64,000 nucleotides of DNA, from the NCBI GenBank assembly GCA_037443545.1, contig JBBIOD010000004.1:18683-82682 (forward strand). The letters are read 5' to 3'. This stretch comes from Ignavibacteriales bacterium (lineage in GTDB: Bacteria; Bacteroidota; Ignavibacteria; UBA10030; BY39). This document shows, piece by piece, positions 18,816-28,844 of the stretch. The position numbers were made by a program, and so were the translations under genes. The notes under the pieces are model-generated. The model did not search any database, had not been told where the DNA came from, and saw nothing but the letters and a program-made list of their open reading frames with translations. How positions within the stretch are numbered: position 1 is the first letter of the stretch; each line of letters starts with the position of its first letter.

Positions 18816-20891
18816 TTATTTTTTCCTTGCCATATTGAGCATTCCCCCTGCGAATAAAATTTCCTTCTGTCGTTCGGTTAAATCGTATCCTAATTTTATT
18901 TGTATGTTTTTTGTGAGATTCTTCAGTGAGACTTCTCCATTTTGTACACCCGATTTTAATTGAGTGGTTATGTTCTCCAAAACAAGTTCATCTCCAAATT
19001 CTATATTTTTGTAATCATTCGTATCCGAGAATGTAAGCGGGAGGATTCCGAAGTTGATGAGATTTGCACGGTGAATACGATTGAATATTTTAACGATAAC
19101 AGCTTTTACTCCTAAAAACCTTGGGGATAGTGCCGCATGTTCACGGCTTGATCCCTGTCCGTAGTTATCGCCGCCGATTACGAAACCCCCTTCCCATTCT
19201 TTAGCACGTTTCGGAAATTCTGGATCGATGCGTGTAAAAGTGAAATCGGAAATTGCCGGAATATTAGAGCGTAGCGGGAGGACTTTTGCACCAGCCGGTG
19301 AAATATGGTCGGTCGAAATATTATCCCCCGCTTTCAAAAGAACTCTGCCTTTAATGGTTTCGGGCATTTCATCAAATTGTGGAATAGGTTTTATGTTAGG
19401 CCCGCGGAGAACTTCAACCTTTCCAGAATCTGTCGCTGGAGGAATAATCATCGAATCGTTGATTAAATATTTACCCGGCTCTTCGCGGTCGAGTGGTGCA
19501 ATATTTAAATTTTTCGCAACCTCCCGCGGGTCGGCAATTTTTCCGACAAGAGCTGTTGCTGTAGCAGTTTCCGGTGATGCAAGATATACTTTTGCATCTA
19601 TAGTTCCGCTTCTCCCTTCAAAATTTCGGTTGAACGAACGGACTGAAACAGACCCGCTCGGCGGGGCCTGTCCCATTCCGATACACGGTCCGCACGCCGA
19701 TTCCAAAATTCGTGCACCCGACGAAATTATATCGCCTAATTCTCCCGAACGTGCAATCATTTCAAAAACTTGTTTCGACCCTGGGCTTAAAGTGAAAGAT
19801 GTAATTGGGCTAACGGTGCGGTTCTTTAACATATGGGCAGCAACTTTTAAATCATAGTAACTCGAATTTGTGCACGATCCGATGCACGATTGTTCAGCTT
19901 TAATATTTTGGTTTGCTAGTTCACTTACCTTTACTACATTATCGGGTGAGTTGGGTTGAGCGATCATCGGTTCTAATTTGTTCAAGTCAATTACTATACC
20001 GTCAAATTCAACAGTTACAAATCCTGCATCATCGGGCTTGCTGATAGCTAGATTCACACTACCCCCTTCATGGAGGGCTGTTATAGCTTTTGCATCGTTC
20101 ACTGTATGCAATCGTAAATCGCATCTATCGTACGTTGCGTTGTCGTCAGCTTTTAATTCTTTCCAAACTTCACTTCTTCCTTGTGCCGTTAAATATTTTT
20201 TTGTGATGTGATCGCTCGGGAAAATCGATGTTGTAGCGCCTAACTCGGCTCCCATATTTGTAATCGTAAATCTATCCCCGATCGAAAGTGTATCAACACC
20301 TTGACCGTGATATTCAATAATCTTGTTGATTCCACCCTTGCAAGTTAGACGGCGAAGGAGTTCTAAAATAATATCTTTTCCTGAGACCCAAGGTTGAAGT
20401 GAGCCAACGAGTTTTACGCCTAAAATTTTAGGCATCGATATCACATAAGCCTCACCCCCCATAGCGAGTGCAATGTCTAATCCGCCGGCGCCTATTGCAA
20501 TCATACCCAAACCACCGCCGGTTGGTGTGTGTGAGTCGGAACCGATCAAAGTTTCGCCCGGAACGCCAAACCTTTCGCGATGGACTTGATGACATATTCC
20601 GTTACCCGGTCGTGAAAAATAAATTCCGTATTTAGCAGCTACACTTTGCAAATATTGATGATCGTCGGCATTCATAAAATCTTGCTGAAGCATATTATGG
20701 TCAACGTAGCTGACCGAGAGTTTTGTTCGAACGCGAGGAACACCCATAGCTTCGAATTGTAGGTAAGCCATTGTACCGGTTGCATCTTGAGTGAGAGTTT
20801 GATCGATTCGAATTGAAATTTCAGAACCCGGTTCCATCTTTCCTGAAACGAGGTGATCTCTAAGGATTTTTTGAGAAAGGTTATGTGCCAT
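18816..20891 (-). CDS. acn: Aconitate hydratase (aconitase family, mitochondrial-like ~690-aa form)
   Basis: Fe-S ligand motifs SCIGSCTNSS and ACGPCIGMG. Swivel-domain motif NYGQGSSREHAA. It lies immediately upstream of icd. Confidence 0.8.
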   Translation of the reverse strand: MAHNLSQKILRDHLVSGKMEPGSEISIRIDQTLTQDATGTMAYLQFEAMGVPRVRTKLSVSYVDHNMLQQDFMNADDHQYLQSVAAKYGIYFSRPGNGICHQVHRERFGVPGETLIGSDSHTPTGGGLGMIAIGAGGLDIALAMGGEAYVISMPKILGVKLVGSLQPWVSGKDIILELLRRLTCKGGINKIIEYHGQGVDTLSIGDRFTITNMGAELGATTSIFPSDHITKKYLTAQGRSEVWKELKADDNATYDRCDLRLHTVNDAKAITALHEGGSVNLAISKPDDAGFVTVEFDGIVIDLNKLEPMIAQPNSPDNVVKVSELANQNIKAEQSCIGSCTNSSYYDLKVAAHMLKNRTVSPITSFTLSPGSKQVFEMIARSGELGDIISSGARILESACGPCIGMGQAPPSGSVSVRSFNRNFEGRSGTIDAKVYLASPETATATALVGKIADPREVAKNLNIAPLDREEPGKYLINDSMIIPPATDSGKVEVLRGPNIKPIPQFDEMPETIKGRVLLKAGDNISTDHISPAGAKVLPLRSNIPAISDFTFTRIDPEFPKRAKEWEGGFVIGGDNYGQGSSREHAALSPRFLGVKAVIVKIFNRIHRANLINFGILPLTFSDTNDYKNIEFGDELVLENITTQLKSGVQNGEVSLKNLTKNIQIKLGYDLTERQKEILFAGGMLNMARKK

Positions 20892-21048
20892 AATGTTGTT
20901 TCCTGTTTAAGAACTATTTGATTATTGAAAAAAAACTGTGGAATTATAGCAAAAACAATGCTGAAATGCAATCTTGATTATCATAACATTAATAACTATA
21001 TTTATAACAAATTTAATCAATCGTTCAATTTTTTTTATAGGAGATTTA

Positions 21049-22248
21049 ATGAAAAAGACAATATTCTTTGTAATTTTAACAGTTGTATTTGCTAACCTCA
21101 TCTTCACCGGCTATCAATGCGGTTCTGCTGAAATGACGAGTGCTAAACTTTACATGCAAAGATCGGAATGGGATAACGCAGAGGATCAACTTCAAAAAGA
21201 ACTTGCAAAGCGTCCAGAAAATTATGAAGCATGGTACTGGCTCGGAAGAATGCATCACGAGAAGAAGAACTATCCTGAGATGTTACGCGCATTCAATAGT
21301 TCGTTAAAATTAAGTGGTCAGTTTAAAAAAGAAATTGACGCTATACGTATGAGTGTATGGGCACAAACTTTTAACAAAGGGGTGGAACATTATAATTCAG
21401 CTCTGAGCAGCGAACCGGACAAAACTTCTGAATTTTTCGACAAAGCCATATCTCAACTAAAGACTGCCATCACGGTTCAACCCGATAGCTTCCCGCCTTA
21501 TCGTGTGTTAGCTTTATCTTATTATGGAATGAAAGATAGAAGTAACGCAGAGAATTATTTGAAAGAAGCGATTGCACGACAGAACGATGCGCAGCTTGGA
21601 CGCATTCTAGGTGGGATTTATTACGACCGTGCAATGTCGTTGAAAGCAGAGGTCTCAAAATTGGAAAGTCCTCAAAAAGAAAAAGCTATAGCTGATGTAA
21701 ATAATGTTTTTAATCAGGCGATACAAGTATTAGAACATGCATTATTGGCTTCTCCGAATGACGCAACTATTTTAATCATCTTGAACGATTCATATATTGC
21801 AGCGGGTAGGACCGAAGACGCGATGAAATCGTATCAACGCGCTATCATTGCCGACCCGAACAACAAACTTGTTCATTACAACTATGGTGTATTGTTACTC
21901 CGTGCAACGAATTTCGCGGAAGCTGCTGAACAATTTGAGATAGCTTTAAACCTTGATAATAATTTTACAGACGCTTTGTATAACGTAAGCGCCACCTATA
22001 TGCAGTGGGGTGCAAAGATGAAAGAAAAAGCGGAAGCAGAAATTAGAGACGATAAGAACAAGCAATTGGATAAATCGTTCGAAGAGAAATTGAGAAAAGC
22101 TAAAGGTTTTTTAGAAAGGTTAGTGATGTTGTCCGAAAATGATGTGGCTGCTTGGGAAACATTAGGAATGGCTAACACACTTTTGAATATCCCGAAAGAA
22201 GCCAAAGCGGCATTCGATAAAGCCGATAGCTTGAGAAAAGCAAAATAA
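21049..22248 (+). CDS. TPR-repeat lipoprotein
   Basis: AGGAGA RBS, then MKKTIFFVILTVVFANLIFTGYQCGS (signal plus lipobox-like Cys). Multiple TPR-like helices (…AWYWLGRMHHEKKNYPEMLRAFNSSLKL…). Confidence 0.7.
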   Translation: MKKTIFFVILTVVFANLIFTGYQCGSAEMTSAKLYMQRSEWDNAEDQLQKELAKRPENYEAWYWLGRMHHEKKNYPEMLRAFNSSLKLSGQFKKEIDAIRMSVWAQTFNKGVEHYNSALSSEPDKTSEFFDKAISQLKTAITVQPDSFPPYRVLALSYYGMKDRSNAENYLKEAIARQNDAQLGRILGGIYYDRAMSLKAEVSKLESPQKEKAIADVNNVFNQAIQVLEHALLASPNDATILIILNDSYIAAGRTEDAMKSYQRAIIADPNNKLVHYNYGVLLLRATNFAEAAEQFEIALNLDNNFTDALYNVSATYMQWGAKMKEKAEAEIRDDKNKQLDKSFEEKLRKAKGFLERLVMLSENDVAAWETLGMANTLLNIPKEAKAAFDKADSLRKAK

Positions 22249-22270
22249 TATAATAGAAGAAAGTTTTTTT

Positions 22271-22597
22271 ATGACTAACCAACCGCAACAACCACAACAA
22301 ATAAATATTGAACTTGGTGAAAAGGAAGCCGAAGGGATATATGCCAATCTAGCGATTATTACTCACTCGCCCGCCGAGTTTGTAGTCGATTTTACACGAG
22401 TGCTTCCCGGCCTCCCAAAAACAAAAGTTCATGCACGAATCATAATGACCCCGCAACACGCAAAGTTATTGCAAAGAGCTTTAGAAGACAACATAGATAA
22501 ATTTGAAAAACGGTTCGGTGAAATAAAAATTCAAGGCGAACCTAATGCCGGTGGTTTTGGTTTTCAACCGACAGACTCGCAAACTAGAGTTCATTGA
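22271..22597 (+). CDS. DUF3467-domain protein
   Basis: …GIYANLAIITHSPAEFVVDFTRVLPGLPKTKVHARIIMTPQHAKLL… is typical of DUF3467. The stop overlaps the GH57 start region. Confidence 0.65.
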   Translation: MTNQPQQPQQINIELGEKEAEGIYANLAIITHSPAEFVVDFTRVLPGLPKTKVHARIIMTPQHAKLLQRALEDNIDKFEKRFGEIKIQGEPNAGGFGFQPTDSQTRVH

Positions 22598-22599
22598 GA

Positions 22600-24327
22600 A
22601 TGGGCAAAGAATCGTTCGGAAATTTTTTATTTGTATTACACACACATTTACCTTACGTAGTTACACACGGTAAATGGCCCCACGGTTCCGATTGGTTAAA
22701 CGAAGCCGCTGCTGAAACTTACATACCAATTTTAAACATCCTTGACGAATTGTTGGATGAAGGTTATCATCCGAAGTTGTCGATGGGCATCAGCCCTGTG
22801 CTTGCCGAACAATTGGCTGATCCGGTTTTCAAAGATTCGTTCGTTCATTATCTCGACGAAAAAGTTTCTGCGGCTAAGAAAGACGAAAAATATTTTCAAA
22901 CGAACGGCGACACCCACCTGAAGAATACAGCAAAATTTTGGATTGATTGGTACAACGCACGAAAAGACGACTTTGTTCGCAAATACAATTCCGATTTAAT
23001 TTCTGCTTTTAGAAAATTGTTAGTATCGGATGTGCTGGATATAATGACTTGCGGAGCAACGCACGGTTATTTCCCGTTATTAAGCCAGGACTCAAGCATC
23101 GATGCACAAGTAAAGGTTGCCATTGCAACACACCAGCGACATTTTGGTGTAAAGCCGCGGGGTATTTGGCTGCCCGAATGTGCTTACCGTCCAAGATACA
23201 AATGGAAACCTCCGGTTAAAGTTCAGGGGCTTGCCGAAGAGTATGAGCGACAGGGCGTTGAAGAAATTTTAGCTGAGAATGGAATCGAATATTTCGTGAT
23301 CGACTCAGCTATGTTATTGGGTGGAAAACCGATCGGAGTTTATCTCGAAAGATTTGGCGAGTTAAAGAAAATTTGGGAACAACACGAAAAACAAATTTCT
23401 ATAAGAGAAGAAGAATTTGAAAAATCGGTTTACGATTTATACTTAATCGATTCGCCTGATAGCAAACTCTCTCCTTCGGTTGCGGTTTTTACACGCGACC
23501 CGAAAACAAGTTTACAAGTATGGAGCGGCGATTATGGTTATCCTGGCGACGGTGCTTATTTAGAGTTTCACAAAAAACATCATTTGAGCGGACATCGTTA
23601 TTGGCGCGTTACACACTCCGATGCCGACCTTGCGGATAAGCTTAAGTACGAACCTGAAAACATCGAAGACAAACTTGAATCGCATTCGTCTCATTTTGTT
23701 GATATCGTTACTGAGACATTGAAGGACCATTATGCGAAAACTAAAACCATCGGTGTACTCACTTCGCCTTTCGATACTGAACTTTTTGGTCATTGGTGGT
23801 TCGAAGGTCCGCAATTTTTTAAAAAAGTATTAATGAAGTTGGAAAAATCAGCACACATCAAGTTAACGAATGCCGCTACTGAACTTGATATGAGGCAGCC
23901 TGTTAAAGTTGTTCAACTTCCGGAAGGATCGTGGGGCGAAGGCGGACACCATTTCATCTGGTTGAATGAGAATACGAGTTGGACTTGGAAAAATATATAC
24001 CAAAATGAAATGCTGTTCAAACAAACTGTCCAAAAGTATATTACATCTGCTGACGATAGGTTGCAATTTCTTTTAACTCAAGCTGCTCGCGAGTTGCTGC
24101 TGCTACAAGCATCCGACTGGCAATTTTTAATTTCTACACAAGCAGCTAAAAATTACGCCGAAGAACGCTTCACAAATCACAACAGCGATTTTAACCGGTT
24201 ACTCAAAACAGCTATCACTTATGCAGATACCAGGATCATTACTGATGCTGATTGGGAATATGCAAACGAATGTTTGGAGAGGAATGTTATTTTCCCTGAA
24301 ATAGACCTCAAAATTTGGCTAAAATAG
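22600..24327 (+). CDS. GH57-family 1,4-alpha-glucan branching enzyme
   Basis: N-terminal FLFVLHTHLPYV…HGKWPHGSDWLNEAAAETYIPIL is typical of GH57. The C-terminal half is DUF1957-like. Confidence 0.85.
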   Translation: MGKESFGNFLFVLHTHLPYVVTHGKWPHGSDWLNEAAAETYIPILNILDELLDEGYHPKLSMGISPVLAEQLADPVFKDSFVHYLDEKVSAAKKDEKYFQTNGDTHLKNTAKFWIDWYNARKDDFVRKYNSDLISAFRKLLVSDVLDIMTCGATHGYFPLLSQDSSIDAQVKVAIATHQRHFGVKPRGIWLPECAYRPRYKWKPPVKVQGLAEEYERQGVEEILAENGIEYFVIDSAMLLGGKPIGVYLERFGELKKIWEQHEKQISIREEEFEKSVYDLYLIDSPDSKLSPSVAVFTRDPKTSLQVWSGDYGYPGDGAYLEFHKKHHLSGHRYWRVTHSDADLADKLKYEPENIEDKLESHSSHFVDIVTETLKDHYAKTKTIGVLTSPFDTELFGHWWFEGPQFFKKVLMKLEKSAHIKLTNAATELDMRQPVKVVQLPEGSWGEGGHHFIWLNENTSWTWKNIYQNEMLFKQTVQKYITSADDRLQFLLTQAARELLLLQASDWQFLISTQAAKNYAEERFTNHNSDFNRLLKTAITYADTRIITDADWEYANECLERNVIFPEIDLKIWLK

Positions 24328-24429
24328 CCAATTCTCGTGTTTGCGTGATATAGAGCATCTTTTCGCGTGGTGCTCTTGATATTAGAATACTTTCTAGATA
24401 TATTCGAGCCAGATTAAAGGACAAAATTT

Positions 24430-26472
24430 ATGGCAAATAAAAGAGTTAAATTTTTGTGTTGGAGTTTGGTCTTGTTCTTAGTGCTCAACGCTGTTAATTG
24501 TAACCTGCGAAAACCGATTGCGCCGGTTTGGGATGTTCAGGTCAACTTTCCTATTGTAAACCGTCCGTATGCAATTGATTCGCTTATCAAAAAAGACACT
24601 TCTCTCATTAAAATAAATCCAACAAACGGATTACTAACTTATTCATATTCGCAACCTGCGGCTTCCGATAGTATTGGCGATAAAATCAATATGAAGCCAG
24701 CACAGCCACCAGAATTCAAAATTGCGGTTGGAACAATTCCTTTCAAAGATTTTTCGTTTGGTCTCGATATCCCGAATCCGGGTATTCCGTCCGGAATAAT
24801 TCCTCCCGGCGACCTTCCGCCGATTTCAATAGAGATGCCTTCGTCCGACCAATTCGATTATTTGGAATTTGAAAGCGGAGTTATCAGATTAACAGTAACC
24901 AATTCAACCCCGATCACTATTACTTTCGATTCAATCCGATTTATAGACAGAGACAATCACAGATTCGTATTCGATATTGGATCAGTTTTGCCTTCGCAAT
25001 CGCGTTCCGGACAGGGTATTTTGGATGGCAGGATCGTTCGACTTCCGCTAAGATTGGATACAGTTCGTTCCCGCACACCGGGCAGTTCAACACCCGTTAC
25101 AATTCCCGACCGAATATTGAGAATTCAATTAGATTTTTTAAATCTGACTATCAATAGCGCGCGAGCAAAAATCCCTCCAACTGATGTTTATCGGATTGGC
25201 AGCTCAAAGTTTATAACCGATTCTTCGCCGTCGCCTACCAAGCTGAAAATCGCTCGTTTTAAAAGTGGTGCTGTTAATTTAAAATTAAGAAATGATTTCG
25301 ATGTAGCGGCAAATGTGTTGTTATCGCTCCCTCAACTGTATAACAGAAATACTCAGCAGCCGTTTTCAATCAACAGAATAATTACCCGAAACGATTCGTT
25401 GGTTATCCCAGTAAATTTATATAACTACGAATTCAGATCAGCCGCACCGACAGAGACCTTAACTTACACTGCATCGATCCGGCAGCTTGGTTCGGAAGGA
25501 GATACGATGCAGTTTAGAACTTTTTCGCGCACCGACGAACTTGTAGCTTCGCTGCTAATTCTTCCACCTCCGCACGATGTTTTCATACTCTCTTATGTCG
25601 AGGGCATTTTAAAGCCAACTCTACTAAGTTTCGATACTTTGTTAAATTTCAAATTAGGAGATGTGCCCAAAATATTTTCGATCGACAGTTTACGTTTGCC
25701 TGAGGCAACTTTTGTATTAAATCTCTCAACTCCTAATATTCCGATACAAATTGGGGGAAGCATAAAGTTGGACGATTCAATTAAATATTCCATCACAATT
25801 CCGCAAACCAATCTTGCAGCAAGTTCAACAACACCGGTTACTATTAGTGGGGCTGATGTTGTTTCTTCGCTTTCACGTTATGTATCGGCAAATAAAACCC
25901 TGCCCAATTCATTCAAGTTAGGTACGAATGCCACCATCAATCCATATTATGTGGTTGGGTCAATTTCGAGTTCCGATAAAATAGGAGGGAATATTTCATT
26001 CGAAATCCCTTCGAACATCGGTATCAAGGGGGGAGTTTTTCGAGATACACTGCAACTCGGGGATGAAAAGAATGATAACGGCGAAACGGTCGAGTTAGAT
26101 TCAATTTTAATAAATCGTCTTCAATCCGGGTTTATCGATTTTACTTTGTCAAACGGAATACCATTAGGAACACGAATCTCAATAAAATTACTCGATGCTA
26201 ACAGATTGTTTATCCAAAATATACCGGGCACCGGTCCTGTTCATGTATCTCCACCTGTTGTCGGCGTTGATGGGTTTGCTTCGCAGGTAGTTCAATCGAA
26301 GTTTTCTGTTGCGATGAATAAAACTGAGTTGGATAATCTGAACAAAGCGAAGTTCGCAGTGCTCGAAATTATCTTCAATACATCTGATTCATCCCCTTCC
26401 GTAAAATTCAGAAATTCAGATAAAATAAATGTTCGTGTTTTTGGAACATTAAATTATCGGGTAGAGGATTAA
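24430..26472 (+). CDS. Hypothetical 680-aa secreted (lipo)protein, Ser/Thr/Pro/Ile-rich, with no recognisable domain
   Basis: Signal peptide ending …LNAVNC. No Cys after the signal. Beta-rich composition. The stop is 2 nt before the next ORF. Confidence 0.55.
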   Translation: MANKRVKFLCWSLVLFLVLNAVNCNLRKPIAPVWDVQVNFPIVNRPYAIDSLIKKDTSLIKINPTNGLLTYSYSQPAASDSIGDKINMKPAQPPEFKIAVGTIPFKDFSFGLDIPNPGIPSGIIPPGDLPPISIEMPSSDQFDYLEFESGVIRLTVTNSTPITITFDSIRFIDRDNHRFVFDIGSVLPSQSRSGQGILDGRIVRLPLRLDTVRSRTPGSSTPVTIPDRILRIQLDFLNLTINSARAKIPPTDVYRIGSSKFITDSSPSPTKLKIARFKSGAVNLKLRNDFDVAANVLLSLPQLYNRNTQQPFSINRIITRNDSLVIPVNLYNYEFRSAAPTETLTYTASIRQLGSEGDTMQFRTFSRTDELVASLLILPPPHDVFILSYVEGILKPTLLSFDTLLNFKLGDVPKIFSIDSLRLPEATFVLNLSTPNIPIQIGGSIKLDDSIKYSITIPQTNLAASSTTPVTISGADVVSSLSRYVSANKTLPNSFKLGTNATINPYYVVGSISSSDKIGGNISFEIPSNIGIKGGVFRDTLQLGDEKNDNGETVELDSILINRLQSGFIDFTLSNGIPLGTRISIKLLDANRLFIQNIPGTGPVHVSPPVVGVDGFASQVVQSKFSVAMNKTELDNLNKAKFAVLEIIFNTSDSSPSVKFRNSDKINVRVFGTLNYRVED

Positions 26473-26474
26473 AG

Positions 26475-27857
26475 ATGATGAAAGCACTAATAATAATCGT
26501 TTTTTTTATTTTTACCGTGTACCAGTCGGTGGATGCAGGCGGCGACTTTACAAATTTACAAGGAATCGGGATGGGGCGAACTTATACGGCGATTGCACGT
26601 GGATTAAATTCTGTCGGAATCAATCCTGCTAACCTTGGTTATCCCGATAAAAAAAATGTAACATTTAATTTGTTAAACTTCGGAACGAAAGTCGGGAGCG
26701 ATTTAATAGATTTAGATTTATACGAGAAGTATTTCACCGGCGACCAAAATGGTGATCCAGTTTTTCTTAAAGATGCTGACAAGCGAAAAATACTGGAAGT
26801 TTTTCCATCAGGATTAGCTCAAACAGGATTTAATTTTGAATTTAAATTATTATCGTTTTCATATCAACATTCAACGGTTGGCGGTTTTGTAATAAGTGTT
26901 ATCGAAAGGACAGGCGTCAATTTTTTAATGCCGAAAGATTATGTTCAATTTTTGCTCTACGGAAATCCGCTCGGCAGTCGTTACGACTTCAGTAAAACTT
27001 ATTTCAATTCAATGTGGTATCGTGAATACTCGCTTTCGTATGGCAGAATGATTCCGCGTTTTATTTTTATGAAGTCGATGGCTGCGGGTTTTTCAATTAA
27101 GCTGATACACGGCTTTGGTTTTGCAGAGTTGACTCGTAATAACACGCACTTTACAACCGATGCAAATGCTAAAATTGGGGGTCGGGTAGATTATCAGGCA
27201 AAATTCGCAGGATTGGATTTGTTAAGGGAAGACAGTGATGTAGAGTATTCTCCTTTCCCAAAACCCGCAGGTTCAGGATACGGAATTGATCTCGGTATTT
27301 CGGGTTTTGTTAATAACGAATTGAGCATCGGAATCGCGCTGACAGATGTTGGCGCAATTATGTGGAAACAAAATACGTATGAAAATTCAGGCAATGCACT
27401 GTTCGATTTCGACGATCCTCGAACAGCTCAGGAACAATTAGAAGATTTGGATGAATTGCTGAATGGAACGAATAAGCCTATCAAAAATTTTTCATCCGGT
27501 TTGCCGACATTTTTGCGTATCGGTGCGGCGTATCAGTTCGATAAAGCTCCTTTCATAAGTAAGTTCCCAGGCGAATTACTTTTAGCGCTCGATTACAATC
27601 AGGGTTTTAATAATCTTTCGGGCAATACTACGAAACCCCGTTTTTCGTTGGGGGTTGAATATAAACCCTGGAAATGGTTGCCTCTTCGTACAGGAATTTC
27701 ATTCGGTGGTGTTGATGGATTTAATATGGGATTTGGTTTTGGAATTCTATTTAGTTTTATGGACATCGAGTTTGCAACCGAAAATTTTGAAGCGGCAATT
27801 TCGCCACGAAGTATAAGCAGAGCATCGTTTGCTTTCGGAATGAAAATTAGAATATAA
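26475..27857 (+). CDS. Putative outer-membrane beta-barrel protein (FadL/transport-protein-like fold suspected)
   Basis: Signal peptide. Glycine/aromatic-rich alternating strands. The aromatic-rich C-terminus …SFAFGMKIRI resembles an OMP signature (terminal residue Ile). Tightly coupled to the upstream gene. Confidence 0.5.
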   Translation: MMKALIIIVFFIFTVYQSVDAGGDFTNLQGIGMGRTYTAIARGLNSVGINPANLGYPDKKNVTFNLLNFGTKVGSDLIDLDLYEKYFTGDQNGDPVFLKDADKRKILEVFPSGLAQTGFNFEFKLLSFSYQHSTVGGFVISVIERTGVNFLMPKDYVQFLLYGNPLGSRYDFSKTYFNSMWYREYSLSYGRMIPRFIFMKSMAAGFSIKLIHGFGFAELTRNNTHFTTDANAKIGGRVDYQAKFAGLDLLREDSDVEYSPFPKPAGSGYGIDLGISGFVNNELSIGIALTDVGAIMWKQNTYENSGNALFDFDDPRTAQEQLEDLDELLNGTNKPIKNFSSGLPTFLRIGAAYQFDKAPFISKFPGELLLALDYNQGFNNLSGNTTKPRFSLGVEYKPWKWLPLRTGISFGGVDGFNMGFGFGILFSFMDIEFATENFEAAISPRSISRASFAFGMKIRI

Positions 27858-27895
27858 AAACAATCAGTAATTTTAGGTCGTAATCCAATGCCGAC

Positions 27896-28816
27896 CTACT
27901 TGATAAAGGTCAACCAACCGTGTGGATCATTTCCGTTTTTAACAATATCAAAATATTTTTCCTGTACTAATCGTGTAATTTTTCCGGGTTTACCGTGGTC
28001 AACCGTTTGGTGGTTGATACAGCAAACAGGTGTTATTTCGGCAGCAGTACCGGTTACGAAAACCTCGTTAGCAATCATTAAAAACTCACGCGGGATTGTT
28101 GTTTCGATAACTTCGATCCCTTCATCTTTCAAAATTTGGATCACACTCGCACGCGTTATTCCTGGTAAAATTGCGTCGGCGATTGATGGGGTATATACTT
28201 TTCCGTTTTTAACTATAAAAATATTTTCGCCGCTCCCTTCACTTACATTCCCGTAAGCATCGAGTGCAATACCTTCAGCAAAACCGTTTTCGAGAGCTTC
28301 AATTTTTATCAACTGCGAACTCAAATAATTTCCCCCGGCTTTCGACATAGTCGGAATTGTGTTGGGGGCCAACCTTTGCCACGATGAGATACCAGCTTTA
28401 ACACCGGTCTCTAACGACTCATCGCCTAAATAGGAACTCCATTCCCAAACTGCTATCGCTACTTCCACGGGATTGTTTAGCGGGTTCAAACCCATCTCAC
28501 CGTAACCTCGATAAACGACAGGACGGATATAGCAGCTCTTTAATTTGTCCTTTTTAATTAGTTTTATTGTAACATCTTCTAATGTTTCAATGGAATATGG
28601 AATTTTTGTATGATATATTTTTGTTGAATCAAACAGGCGAGCGAAATGTGGTCGAAGTTGAAAAATTGCCGACCCCTTTTTAGTATTGTAACACCTAATG
28701 CCTTCAAACCAACTCGAACCATAATGCACAACATGGGAGAGGACATGAATTTTTGCAGCATCCCACTTTACAAATTTTCCGTTCATCCAAATTGTTCCCG
28801 ATTTTTTCAAAGGCAT
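27896..28816 (-). CDS. ilvE: Branched-chain amino acid aminotransferase (class IV PLP enzyme)
   Basis: …WMNGKFVKWDAAKIHVLSHVVHYGSSWFEGIRCY… and …EVFVTGTAAEITPV… are class-IV BCAT motifs. Confidence 0.9.
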   Translation of the reverse strand: MPLKKSGTIWMNGKFVKWDAAKIHVLSHVVHYGSSWFEGIRCYNTKKGSAIFQLRPHFARLFDSTKIYHTKIPYSIETLEDVTIKLIKKDKLKSCYIRPVVYRGYGEMGLNPLNNPVEVAIAVWEWSSYLGDESLETGVKAGISSWQRLAPNTIPTMSKAGGNYLSSQLIKIEALENGFAEGIALDAYGNVSEGSGENIFIVKNGKVYTPSIADAILPGITRASVIQILKDEGIEVIETTIPREFLMIANEVFVTGTAAEITPVCCINHQTVDHGKPGKITRLVQEKYFDIVKNGNDPHGWLTFIK

Positions 28817-28844
28817 AAATAATCCTTCCTAAGTTTTATTGTGA

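Noticed and set aside
19228-19857. 209-aa plus-strand ORF inside aconitase (and similar long antisense ORFs at 43559-44053 in ileS, 41341-41832 spanning the dksA-like/ileS junction, 15682-16089 in the repeat gene, and 10185-10526 in DUF5916)
   Set aside because: They are fully embedded antisense to genes with strong homology-level motifs. They have low-complexity Ser/Arg/Pro-rich translations typical of antisense frames in low-GC genes.
26475-27857. Considered naming the 460-aa barrel PorV/LptO or PorP/SprF (T9SS shuttle proteins)
   Set aside because: The length (460 aa versus about 390 for PorV and about 330 for PorP) and the absence of an adjacent PorU-like C25 peptidase do not support the assignment. 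The preceding 680-aa protein has no His/Cys catalytic pair. The call is kept generic.
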